A DNA stretch of 64,000 nt from positions 704,001-768,000 of the forward strand of contig JBEPYN010000001.1 in assembly GCA_041641305.1 (NCBI GenBank), read 5' to 3'. This DNA comes from Nitrososphaerota archaeon (lineage in GTDB: Archaea; Thermoproteota; Nitrososphaeria_A; Caldarchaeales; Caldarchaeaceae). Position 1 is the stretch's first letter; every line of letters starts with the position of its first letter. A model generated the notes under the pieces. The model was not told where the DNA came from and searched no databases. It saw only the letters and a list, made by a program, of their open reading frames with translations. Of this stretch, positions 19,077-28,309 are shown in pieces. A program made the translations under genes and the position numbers.

Positions 19077-20085
19077 GCTTCATCACCACAACACGGCGGG
19101 TCAAACTCCTGTGAACGTAGAGGTCATGGTGCTCGAGCTCCCGGAAGCCTGTGAAGGCGTCGACGAGGTCGGGGTAGGCTGTGTGGGGGACGGTGACGGC
19201 GAGGCGGGCGCCATCTGTCAAGACGTTGACCACTTCTTCTCCAAAAGCTTTCAGCAGATTTTTGAAAGAAACGCCTCCGAGTGTCGCAGACCTTCCATAA
19301 GGCGGGTCGGTCGCCACCGCGTCGAAAAACCTTCTAAGCGGTAGACGACGGGCGTCGCCTTGAACCGCGTGGCCGAAGCCAACCCCGTATGATTGCATGT
19401 TTCTCCACATACCGTTGCAAACCCATGTCTTAACCTCGACACCGAGACAAACGTGTCCGAGGAGGCCGGCCTCTATGACGAGGGCTCCCGAGCCGGCGAA
19501 AGGGTCCAGAACCCATGAGCCGCGGCTGTTGACTGCGAGGTTGACGAGGCAGCGTGCGAGTTTCGGCTGCATCGCCGAGGGGACGCGGAAGGGTCTGCGG
19601 CCCGCTTTTCTCTCATCGAAAAAGTGCTTGGGCTTCTCTGCGATAAGCATTCCGACGAAGCAGTTGCTCATGGTGACGACCGCGACGAACGTTGCCTCGG
19701 GTGTGCTCAGGTCGACCCTCAGCCCGGGAGCCTGCGCCATTATAGCTGCGGCCAGCTTCTTCTCTACATCGACAGAGTTCACATCCACTCCACCCACTTC
19801 ATAGACCATGACGTCGAAGCTCCGCCTACCGTCGACAGCCTCGGCCAGCTTCTCGGAAAAGACGACATCCATGTAGTTCCTTCCCACACCCAGCCAAACA
19901 GCCGCCAGCTTCGTGTAAGCCGCTCGATACACAATCTCCGCGGCCAATCCATCGTCGACCTCCGCAGCCGCCACCCTCTCATCAACTCTCTCAGCATCGA
20001 CGCCGCCGAGAATTTTCACCAAGTGGCGTAGCTCCGAGTATGAGAGGGCGGGGTTTTCACCCGATAGGAGGAAGAAAACCGCCAA
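19069..20085 (-). CDS. trm11: tRNA m2G10 methyltransferase (THUMP + MTase)
   Basis: LLSGENP, PKLARCLVNL, LDPFAGSG, TDPPYG, VHRSLTR. Confidence 0.9.
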   Translation of the reverse strand: MAVFFLLSGENPALSYSELRHLVKILGGVDAERVDERVAAAEVDDGLAAEIVYRAAYTKLAAVWLGVGRNYMDVVFSEKLAEAVDGRRSFDVMVYEVGGVDVNSVDVEKKLAAAIMAQAPGLRVDLSTPEATFVAVVTMSNCFVGMLIAEKPKHFFDERKAGRRPFRVPSAMQPKLARCLVNLAVNSRGSWVLDPFAGSGALVIEAGLLGHVCLGVEVKTWVCNGMWRNMQSYGVGFGHAVQGDARRLPLRRFFDAVATDPPYGRSATLGGVSFKNLLKAFGEEVVNVLTDGARLAVTVPHTAYPDLVDAFTGFRELEHHDLYVHRSLTRRVVVMKLD

Positions 20086-20093
20086 GCCTGTCT

Positions 20094-20984
20094 TCAGCTT
20101 AGATGCGAGGCGATTAACCCAGCCACCGACGCATATCCATAGGGGTTCGGCACCGTGTCCGTGGTGAAAATCAAGTCAGCCCCCGCCGATGTTATCTTCT
20201 CGGCAGCCGAGCCGATGAACAATCCATGAACAGCGGCGACAATAATCTTCGACGGGTTGTATGTCTTCAGCTTCTGGATTGTTTTGGCAACGGTCGTCCC
20301 CGTGCTTATGATGTCGTCAACCACCACCACTTGCCGCCCCTCATCTATCTTTTCCACCGTGACCTCTACTTCGCCTGTCTCAGGGCTGCGCATGGTTTTG
20401 ACTGTGGCGTAATCTGTTTCGATGACCGAGGCGACGGCAGCGGCCATCTCGGAGCCTTTTTTACCCGGTGAAAGGATGAGCGGCTTCTCCACACCCGCCT
20501 GTATGATGTAGGATGCGAGAAGACCTGATGCATCGATGTTGGTCAGCTTCACCGGCGACTGCTCCGCTGTCCACGGGGAATGTATGTTTACGGTTATGAC
20601 CTCGTCCGCTCCCGCGGCCTTGAGCGCTTTTAGCAGGGCTTGGATGCTGACCGGCTCCCCTTCGAGAAACACCCTATCCTGTCTCGCATAAGCCATGTAG
20701 GGGATGACTGTTTTCACCGACTTCGCTCCCATGCGTGTAGCCGCGTCCACGAGAAGAAGGAGCTTGACAAAGTTGACATCCTGCGGCGGATGCATACCCT
20801 GGACAACAACCACATCCTCTCCACGCACATCACCCGCTAACCTGACATAGGATTCGCCGTCGGGGAAAACCTTCTCAAAAACATCGACAGCCTCGACATT
20901 CATGTATCTCGCCACTTTCTCAGCCAACTGAGCAGAGGAGGGGCCCTTCACAACCTTCAAGCCAAAAACCTCTATCGGATGCAT
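20094..20984 (-). CDS. prs: Ribose-phosphate pyrophosphokinase
   Basis: FPDGE, PYMAYARQD, VVDDIISTGTT. Confidence 0.95.
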   Translation of the reverse strand: MHPIEVFGLKVVKGPSSAQLAEKVARYMNVEAVDVFEKVFPDGESYVRLAGDVRGEDVVVVQGMHPPQDVNFVKLLLLVDAATRMGAKSVKTVIPYMAYARQDRVFLEGEPVSIQALLKALKAAGADEVITVNIHSPWTAEQSPVKLTNIDASGLLASYIIQAGVEKPLILSPGKKGSEMAAAVASVIETDYATVKTMRSPETGEVEVTVEKIDEGRQVVVVDDIISTGTTVAKTIQKLKTYNPSKIIVAAVHGLFIGSAAEKITSAGADLIFTTDTVPNPYGYASVAGLIASHLS

Positions 20985-21044
20985 AACTTAATGTTTGCGT
21001 GTTTTTGGATAACGCTTATATGCGTTTTCGGCGGCTTGTATGGC

Positions 21045-21194
21045 ATGGAGAAGAAGCTGGAGCAGGTGGAGATTCCTGAGCCGAGCCTGCCGGTTTGTGA
21101 GGCAATCCTGATGCCCGTCTCCGACGAATACACCTACATCCACCACAACTCTATCCAGATAGGTGTCTTCAAGTACATCGAGAAGGCTCCATAG
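21045..21194 (+). CDS. Small hypothetical protein (49 aa)
   Basis: MEKKLEQVEIPEPSLPVCEAILMPVSDEYTYIHHNSIQIGVFKYIEKAP*; TTATAT box about 25 nt upstream; TAG directly abuts the next ATG in frame. Confidence 0.6.
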   Translation: MEKKLEQVEIPEPSLPVCEAILMPVSDEYTYIHHNSIQIGVFKYIEKAP

Positions 21195-21926
21195 ATGAGC
21201 TACGGCTACGACGAGTTCGAGTCCAAGCTCGGCCAGTTCATCTACACTATGGTGATGTATGAAAGGCTCCGCGACTATCTACTGGATAAGCTGAAGGGGA
21301 AAGACCGTGTCTCGGTCAGGATAAACCTTGGAAGCGATAGGTCGGGCAACCAAGTGGTTATGGATGTTGTGCTCACTACTGTCCGGCCTCAGCTCCTAGG
21401 AGAGGTCAAGCATGAGAAGCCTTCGCGGAAAACGCTTGTCATGGTTTTGGGGAATGAGAAGGTTGCGGGTGAGCGTGGTCAGATAGCCGCTGAGATGGAG
21501 AGGCTTGTGATGGAGAGTTTGAAGTGGTGGCATGGATATTTCGGTGACAAGGATAAGCTGATGCTTAACGAGTGGGTGGCTGAACGTGTTGAGGTTTTGG
21601 ACGCGCCGGTGGTCGGAACAGTTGTAGAGGTTCCTGTGAGACAGGTCATATACCAGCCGACGGCCACCTTACCCATGAGCGAAGAAGAGATCGAGACTTT
21701 GACACAGTTCGCCGAAATCCTCGGCCCCGTCCTGGTCAGGCCTCTGGACAACGGCTTCTTCGAGCTCGTCGCCGGCCACAGAGTTTTCGATGTCTTGGTC
21801 AACAGGCTGGGCTACGAGAACGTGAAAGCCCTTGTCCTCGACGTCGACGATGCAGCCGCCTCAAGCATGCGTTCGGAATATGAGGAGAAGGTTGAAAAAC
21901 TCGTCAAAACGGTCTTGAACAGATAA
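21195..21926 (+). CDS. Hypothetical protein with a C-terminal ParB/Srx-like domain
   Basis: PVLVRPLDNGFFELVAGHRV...LGYENVKALVLDVDD resembles the ParB N-terminal domain. Confidence 0.6.
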   Translation: MSYGYDEFESKLGQFIYTMVMYERLRDYLLDKLKGKDRVSVRINLGSDRSGNQVVMDVVLTTVRPQLLGEVKHEKPSRKTLVMVLGNEKVAGERGQIAAEMERLVMESLKWWHGYFGDKDKLMLNEWVAERVEVLDAPVVGTVVEVPVRQVIYQPTATLPMSEEEIETLTQFAEILGPVLVRPLDNGFFELVAGHRVFDVLVNRLGYENVKALVLDVDDAAASSMRSEYEEKVEKLVKTVLNR

Positions 21927-21929
21927 GCC

Positions 21930-22421
21930 GTGTCACCGATTCTGCGGAAAATCCAGGGCATTTTCACGGAGGGGCCTCCAAACTTCTCCATGTTTACTGA
22001 AAACGTTGCAGCAAGCGGGTTGCCCAGCAGACGGAAACATATCAAGTTTCTCAGACGCATGGGAATAACCGCGATAATCAGCCTCACCGAGCAGCCTCTC
22101 CCACCGAAACTTCTCGAAAACATGGACATCAAATATTTCCACCATCCTCTCGCCGACCATCAGCCAGCAGACCCCACAAAAATCCTCGAAATAGTAAAGC
22201 ATCTCCAGAGGCTTGTCTCCTCGGGTGAGAAGGTGCTTGTCCACTGTCTCGCGGGGCTGGGGAGAACAGGGATGGTGTTGACTGCTTACACGATGCTTGA
22301 GAAAAACCTCGACTGGGGAACGGCTTTGGAGACTGTGCGGAGCATTCGTCCCGGCTCCGTGGAAAAGAATCAGGAAACATGTCTGAGAGAGTTTGAGAAG
22401 CTTGCTAAACTTGGCTCTTGA
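21930..22421 (+). CDS. Dual-specificity protein phosphatase
   Basis: VHCLAGLGRTG CX5R motif; IRPGSVE. Confidence 0.9.
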   Translation: MSPILRKIQGIFTEGPPNFSMFTENVAASGLPSRRKHIKFLRRMGITAIISLTEQPLPPKLLENMDIKYFHHPLADHQPADPTKILEIVKHLQRLVSSGEKVLVHCLAGLGRTGMVLTAYTMLEKNLDWGTALETVRSIRPGSVEKNQETCLREFEKLAKLGS

Positions 22422-24612
22422 TGCTGGCCGCTATCCGAGGCCCTATGCTCGGTACACGGGCCAGCTCCTCTGCAGATGCCCGCCGCAAATCCTCTATGGT
22501 TCTGTAGCCTGCGTTGTAGAGGTTACGGGCCCTGACACGACCCACACCCTTCAGGGAAACGAGAGGCAAAAGCTCGGGCCTCACACCGTGTTCAACTCTT
22601 TCAGACAATAGCTCAAACAAGTGAACCAAATCCATGTACCCCACAACCCGCATAAGCTGTGAAGCAGCGTAGGAGATCCAGCTAACCCTTTCACGGAGAA
22701 CCGCGAGGTCGCCGGGCTCGACACCCCAACGCTCATAGAGCTCACCCTCGCCAACCTCCTCAATCCAAGCATTCATCAACACGGCTGTCTTCACAGAGTC
22801 GAGGAACAATTCGTAGTCGTCGGGGTTTTCAACGGGGTCCGGGATGTGGAAAAACTGTTCACGGTTCTCTTCAACGAATCTCTCAAGCCTCGCAGCCTCG
22901 GTTCTGCGCATAGGCACGCTCGGCACCTCGGAGGTGTTGCACACAACCTGCAGCAGGCTCAGCTCCGTCATCAGCCGAGGCCTGTTCTCACATGTCCTGA
23001 TTATTGCGAGAGCTGTCAACGGGTCTATGTAGAGCTCGGCGACACGTTTACCCAGCCGTGTAGCCTCCAAGCCATCGACCGCGTCAACAAACCCATGCCG
23101 CGCGAGAAAATCTACAACACCTGTCAGCGATTTGCGGAGTAGGGCTGAGCCAAACTGGTGGCAGAGAAAAGTCGACTCAAAGAATTTGACGAGGCCGTCG
23201 AAGGATTTGACAGGCTCGGAGGCTATGACCGCTAGTGTCTGTATTCTGAGGTGGCGCTCTCCTCCCAGCCTCGACCACACTCTCTCAGGCCTCCCCTTGA
23301 TGTATTTCTCCATGATGAGCTCAAGCTCCTCCTCGCTTCTCGCAACCGTCACCGCCTCGCCCTCGGTGTCGAACCCCGGCCGCCCAGCTCGTCCGCAAAA
23401 CTGTTTATACTCGGTGACGGAGATGCTTCTGAGTCCTTCGCCTACCTCGTATCTGCGCAGCTCAGGGATTATGACGACTCGTGCGGGGAGGTTTACTCCA
23501 GCGGCCAAGGTGGGTGTGGCGGCGAGAACCTTGAGAACCCTGTTTCTGAAAGCTTTCTCCACATACCTTCGGTGGATGGCGCCGAGGCCTGCGTGGTGGA
23601 AACAGGCGCCCTGACGCATGAGTGCCGCAACCCTCTCGGTGAAAGACGACGCCTCAGCGGACAACAATAGCTCATCAGCCAAGCCGTTCAGCTTATCGCG
23701 CTCATCATCCGTGACCAGCATCTCCCGGGAAAGAGCCGCCGCAGCCTTCTCAGCATATTGTTCAGCCCGTTTACGGGTGTTCGCGAACACGATGACCTGT
23801 CCACCATCCTGCACAACCTCAAGCATCAGTGAGATGACGGGGTTGTAGTCGAGCTCCCTCACCTTCCGCCGAGACCTGTCGCTGTAACGTATCTCGCCAT
23901 CATAGTAAACACCCTCCCTAAGAGGCACAGGTCTCCAGTCGAGGCTTATGAGCTCTGCGCCAAGCCACTCAGCTATCTCATCGGCGTTGGGTGCCGTCGC
24001 GCTTAGTGCGAGAAGCTGGGCTCGTGGGTTTCTGTTGCGGAGACGTGTGAGCGTCATCTCGAGTGTGGGTCCCCTGTCTATGTCTCCGAGCATGTGAACC
24101 TCGTCGGCTACGAGGAGGGATACGCTGTCTATCCATGGGGCTCCATGTCTCAGCAGGCTGTCGGCCTTCTCGTTGGTTGTTATGATGACGTCGTAGTTGG
24201 CGAGCCATGGGTCGGCGGAGTCATAGTCACCTGTGCTGGCGACTACTTTGAACTCGTCTCCGAGAAAATCTGTAAATTCCTGCAGCTTCTCTGCCGCGAG
24301 GGCCCTGAGTGGTGTGAGGTAGAGGACTTTGCCGCCGTGTGCTACATGGTTGTAGGCAGCCATCATCGCTATCAGGGTCTTGCCCGAAGCAGTCGGCGTC
24401 GCAACCATCAGATGCCTCCCATCTAGCAACCCTTTCGACAAGGCGAGCGACTGAGGCGGATAGAAACTGGTTATCCCTATTCTTTCAAGGGCGCGGCGAA
24501 TGTGTGGAGGCGCGTCGGCGGATGAGCGGTAACCTGTCATCTTCCCATCGGTCTCTGCCCCATCTATATACACATAGCCCTCCTTTCCCGATGTGCTGCG
24601 GGTTTTCCTCAT
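22405..24612 (-). CDS. hel308: Hel308/Hjm (Ski2-like) DNA helicase
   Basis: PTASGKT, DEVH, SAT, TLAAGVNLPA, GRAGRP; C-terminal HhH; real start may be ATG 24540. Confidence 0.94.
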   Translation of the reverse strand: MRKTRSTSGKEGYVYIDGAETDGKMTGYRSSADAPPHIRRALERIGITSFYPPQSLALSKGLLDGRHLMVATPTASGKTLIAMMAAYNHVAHGGKVLYLTPLRALAAEKLQEFTDFLGDEFKVVASTGDYDSADPWLANYDVIITTNEKADSLLRHGAPWIDSVSLLVADEVHMLGDIDRGPTLEMTLTRLRNRNPRAQLLALSATAPNADEIAEWLGAELISLDWRPVPLREGVYYDGEIRYSDRSRRKVRELDYNPVISLMLEVVQDGGQVIVFANTRKRAEQYAEKAAAALSREMLVTDDERDKLNGLADELLLSAEASSFTERVAALMRQGACFHHAGLGAIHRRYVEKAFRNRVLKVLAATPTLAAGVNLPARVVIIPELRRYEVGEGLRSISVTEYKQFCGRAGRPGFDTEGEAVTVARSEEELELIMEKYIKGRPERVWSRLGGERHLRIQTLAVIASEPVKSFDGLVKFFESTFLCHQFGSALLRKSLTGVVDFLARHGFVDAVDGLEATRLGKRVAELYIDPLTALAIIRTCENRPRLMTELSLLQVVCNTSEVPSVPMRRTEAARLERFVEENREQFFHIPDPVENPDDYELFLDSVKTAVLMNAWIEEVGEGELYERWGVEPGDLAVLRERVSWISYAASQLMRVVGYMDLVHLFELLSERVEHGVRPELLPLVSLKGVGRVRARNLYNAGYRTIEDLRRASAEELARVPSIGPRIAASIKSQV

Positions 24613-26636
24613 GTGACCTTGTATGCGCCGGTGCGGGGCATGAATATCCTGCCGTCGGTGATTAGGCGGGTCAGCAGCTTCGTTATCTCTTCATCGGACA
24701 ACCCTTCTTGAAGAAGGGCGGTTCGCAGCTCCTGCTCAGCCGCGTAGCCGCTCTGCTCCTCAAACTTCTTTATGGTGTCGATGACGAGCTTCATCTTCTC
24801 CCTCACACTCTTCGGCTTGCCTGTCATGATGGTGTCGATGTCGGGCGCTCCGCTCTCTATGTCCACGCCCACCTCCTGCAGACTCTTCCTCATCAAGAGA
24901 ATCGACGCGGCAGCGTCCTCTTCATCAGCCACATTCCTGAGACGAGCACGTGCATGGGCCTCCGTCAACCTTATCAGCGACTCGAACTGGCGCGCCGTTA
25001 TGCTGACCGTCGCCGTCTTCTCATACATCGCCCTCATCTTCAGGTAAAAGTCCTCAAGCTGTTTGAGTGCCTTCGGCGAAATCACTGGCTCAATCCTCTT
25101 GGCGTATGCTATGTATTTTCTCAATACATCGGGGGCGATTGGCGGAGCTTTCTCCGGCTCACCTATCTGGTGAAGCGCGGAGATGTGTGAGGAGATTCTG
25201 CGGTCTATGTCGGGGTTTGGCTCATCCCGGAGAACGAAGATGAGGTCGAAGCGTGAGAGAACTGTTATTGGTAGGTTGACGTTTTCTATGAAGTTTTTGT
25301 ATGGGTCATATCTGCCGAGATAGGGGTTGGCGGCCGCGAGAACCGCTGTCCTAGCGTTCAAGGTGGCGACGATTCCGCCTTTTGCCACGCTCACCGTCTG
25401 CTGGGCCATCGCCTCGTGAATAGCCACCCTATCCTCATCCCTCATCTTATCAATCTCGTCTATACAGCATACACCCATGTCGGCCAAAACCATGGCACCG
25501 GCCTCAAGAACCATCCCACCCTCCTTCTCACGTATGACGGCGGCGGTCAACCCGGCCGCTGTGGAGCCTCGGCCCGATGTGTAGATACCTCTGGGCGCCA
25601 AGCCCGCCACATACTGGAGAAGCTGGCTCTTCCCTGTGCCTGGGTCGCCTACAAGCAGGACGTTGATGTCGCCTCTTACGCGGAGGCCGTCTGGGAAAAC
25701 CTTTGTCCTCCCACCTATCAGCAGAAGCAGGATGGATTTCTTGATGTGCTCGAGACCGTAAATCGACGGGGCCACAGATTCTGTAAGCTTGTTGATGATG
25801 AACGGGTCCTCCGCCATTTTCTTGAAAAGCCTTTCATCTTCGGGAGTGATTTGGACCGACTGAGGCTCCTTGCTCGCAGGCTCCATGCTGACCGCGTCCA
25901 GGTATATTCGGAATGTTTTGAGCGGCCCCTCTCCACCACGCTCCTGCACGGACTCGACCACTCCCACGGCTATGACCCTGTCACCTGGCCTCACAACATC
26001 AACCAAATCATCCCTGACGCGGACCTCGATGACGCGTGGAAGCTGTCCCGGCGGAAGGTCCTCAGGCTTCTCCTGCACACCCAACACCTGGTAATCCATG
26101 TAGCTGGACTCCTCGGGAACCAGCTCGAAGCTCGGCCTCTTGCTGCCCCTGCACGTCCTGTCCAAGCAGGCCTCGGGTGTCAAAAGCTTCTGAGAAACCT
26201 GCTCAACCTCCTGAAGGTTTCCGCAGTAGCGGCAGCGGAAAACACCAACCCTTAGCAGCGGCTTCACAGCAGTCGCCTTAGAAACCATGCCATCTATCAT
26301 CACCAGCTTACGGAGATGCTCTGACCTCACTTCACGAATAGCCGTAACTGTGGGAAGCGAGACAATCCGGGCAGTAAACCATTTAACCGCTGAAGCATAC
26401 TCAGGGTCCTCAATCTGCAGCTGCCGAAAACACGCCCTGTTCAAAACCTTGAGCAGAGTGTAGGGCTTGTCAACCAGCTCGCGGGCAAATTTCTCATCAA
26501 ACTTGATGAGGTCGTTGAAGTCGACAGGAATGCTGCGACGCTTCTTCACAGCCGCTTCTCGCAGCAGCTCCCTATACTTCTCAGACTTGAAGAAGTTTAC
26601 AAGCCTTTCTTCAAGAGGTTGCTCCGCCATCCCCAT
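24609..26636 (-). CDS. mcm: Replicative helicase MCM
   Basis: Zn finger CRYC..C..C, GDPGTGKS, IDEIDKM, SRFD; no intein. Confidence 0.97.
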   Translation of the reverse strand: MGMAEQPLEERLVNFFKSEKYRELLREAAVKKRRSIPVDFNDLIKFDEKFARELVDKPYTLLKVLNRACFRQLQIEDPEYASAVKWFTARIVSLPTVTAIREVRSEHLRKLVMIDGMVSKATAVKPLLRVGVFRCRYCGNLQEVEQVSQKLLTPEACLDRTCRGSKRPSFELVPEESSYMDYQVLGVQEKPEDLPPGQLPRVIEVRVRDDLVDVVRPGDRVIAVGVVESVQERGGEGPLKTFRIYLDAVSMEPASKEPQSVQITPEDERLFKKMAEDPFIINKLTESVAPSIYGLEHIKKSILLLLIGGRTKVFPDGLRVRGDINVLLVGDPGTGKSQLLQYVAGLAPRGIYTSGRGSTAAGLTAAVIREKEGGMVLEAGAMVLADMGVCCIDEIDKMRDEDRVAIHEAMAQQTVSVAKGGIVATLNARTAVLAAANPYLGRYDPYKNFIENVNLPITVLSRFDLIFVLRDEPNPDIDRRISSHISALHQIGEPEKAPPIAPDVLRKYIAYAKRIEPVISPKALKQLEDFYLKMRAMYEKTATVSITARQFESLIRLTEAHARARLRNVADEEDAAASILLMRKSLQEVGVDIESGAPDIDTIMTGKPKSVREKMKLVIDTIKKFEEQSGYAAEQELRTALLQEGLSDEEITKLLTRLITDGRIFMPRTGAYKVT

Positions 26637-27138
26637 CCCCGGACCCTATCGCACGCAACCACTCGTCGACAACCCTGTAAACAGCCCTATACAAGGCCTC
26701 TTCCTCAGGCGTCATCCGCCGCACAATCTCGCCGTCAAGCCTCTTAGCCGCTATACTGACAATCTTCATCAAACGCATCGTGACGATGTCCCGCAGCTTC
26801 TTCTCCACATAATCATCTCGAACACCTTCCCTCAACGACTCGACATAGAAATGCTTCTGCAACGGCTGAAGCTCCCCAGGATTGTTCTTCTCCCGCCACT
26901 CTATCTGGAGAAGCTGATTGGCCAGAGACTGTTTGGCCACATACTCGGCACACCGTCTCGAAACAAGCACATCCGCAACCCATTTCCACACATTCAACAC
27001 CGTCCCCTTCTTAAGCTCCTCAAACGTTCGCCCAGCGTAGCTAAGACGTGGAACATCCACAGTCAAAACAACCTTAACCACAGAATGCAGGTTCTCGATA
27101 CGGTTCTCCTCAACCACCTGCATGAGGCCCTGAAACAT
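26611..27138 (-). CDS. GINS complex subunit Gins23 (Psf2/Psf3-like)
   Basis: VWKWVADVL, LQPLQKHFY, RLMKIV, MTPEEEALY; directly upstream of mcm. Confidence 0.8.
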   Translation of the reverse strand: MFQGLMQVVEENRIENLHSVVKVVLTVDVPRLSYAGRTFEELKKGTVLNVWKWVADVLVSRRCAEYVAKQSLANQLLQIEWREKNNPGELQPLQKHFYVESLREGVRDDYVEKKLRDIVTMRLMKIVSIAAKRLDGEIVRRMTPEEEALYRAVYRVVDEWLRAIGSGDGDGGATS

Positions 27139-27241
27139 CCAACACCTAGTATCAAGTAAGATACTTAAAGATACCTTGTCGGTATGGGGCTGGTAATGCG
27201 TTTGTGGGAACCGGGGTAATATATTTGTATCCGGGGGCTAT

Positions 27242-28261
27242 GTGTGTCATGGGTTGAGGATAGCGGTCGTGGGATTGGGTGTAGCGGGAAGCTATCTTCT
27301 GAGGCGTCTCTCGCTGGAGCATGAGGTTGTAGGCTTTGACAGGCAGAGGAGGGAAAACTTCAAAGCAATATGTGCGTGGGGGACATCGAGAAACCAGATA
27401 AAGAAGATTCTCCAGAAAGTGGAGATTGATTTTGATGAGTATCTTCTCCACCTCGGCGATAACCTCGTCCTCGACAACGGTAAGGAATCCTCATCTATTC
27501 CTCTTCTGGGCCTGTGCACATTTGATAAGAGGCGTCTGGAGCTCGACATGACAAAGGGCTACAAAGTCTTTTACGGAACCACTCCAACCCTCGAGGACCT
27601 GCGCAGAGACTTCGACCTAATCATCGACGCAACAGGTGTTTCGAGAACCCTTCTACCGCCAGCCCCCCGCGACAAAATTGTTCCATGCTTCCAGTACAGG
27701 GTCAAATACCATGGGAAAATGCCGTTTGAAGATTTTTACGTCAGAATATTCAGCTCCTGGGACGGTTATCTATGGTATTTTCCGCTCGGCGACAGCGAAG
27801 CCTATGTGGGCGCAGGACACATGGGAGGAAACCATGTAGCGGAGGTGAACACGTTCATAAATCGGTATGGCGGCAGCCCTGTCGAAAAAATGGGGAAATC
27901 TGTGCGGATTGCGCCGCCTGAGCTCATGACGCCTTTTTTCGACGGAAAAGTTGTTGGCGTGGGCGAGTCGATTGGAACGGTTTTTCCCCTGCTGGGCGAA
28001 GGTATACTGCCCAGCCTCGAGTGCGCGGAGATTCTCGCCGAGACGCTTGAAAACCGGGAAGCTTATCGGAGAAAGGTTCTCGAAACATTCAAACCATTCT
28101 CAGACATGTACAGGCTCATACAGCTTCGTCAAAATAACCAGCTGAGCCTCACGAGACATTTCCCTCTTGTGCTACGCTGCTACAGGTACATGAAGGAGCG
28201 GGAGGAGCGGTTTGGCTTGGTTATCCGCAGGAGTGATTTGATGCTCATAATCAACGCTTGA
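27242..28261 (+). CDS. FAD-dependent oxidoreductase, geranylgeranyl reductase-like
   Basis: VVGLGVAG, IIDATG, GYLWYFP, VGESIG..PLLGEGI. Confidence 0.78.
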   Translation: MCHGLRIAVVGLGVAGSYLLRRLSLEHEVVGFDRQRRENFKAICAWGTSRNQIKKILQKVEIDFDEYLLHLGDNLVLDNGKESSSIPLLGLCTFDKRRLELDMTKGYKVFYGTTPTLEDLRRDFDLIIDATGVSRTLLPPAPRDKIVPCFQYRVKYHGKMPFEDFYVRIFSSWDGYLWYFPLGDSEAYVGAGHMGGNHVAEVNTFINRYGGSPVEKMGKSVRIAPPELMTPFFDGKVVGVGESIGTVFPLLGEGILPSLECAEILAETLENREAYRRKVLETFKPFSDMYRLIQLRQNNQLSLTRHFPLVLRCYRYMKEREERFGLVIRRSDLMLIINA

Positions 28262-28309
28262 ATAAGGTTTTTAAATTGGGAGAAAGCTTCTCCGACAAGG
28301 TGGTCGGAG

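Noticed and set aside
22405-26636. Inteins in MCM or Hel308
   Set aside because: Both have normal length and uninterrupted motifs.
27150-27241. Possible replication origin next to gins23-mcm (G-runs, AT patches)
   Set aside because: Only about 90 bp, no repeated ORB-like boxes, no cdc6; explained by divergent promoters.
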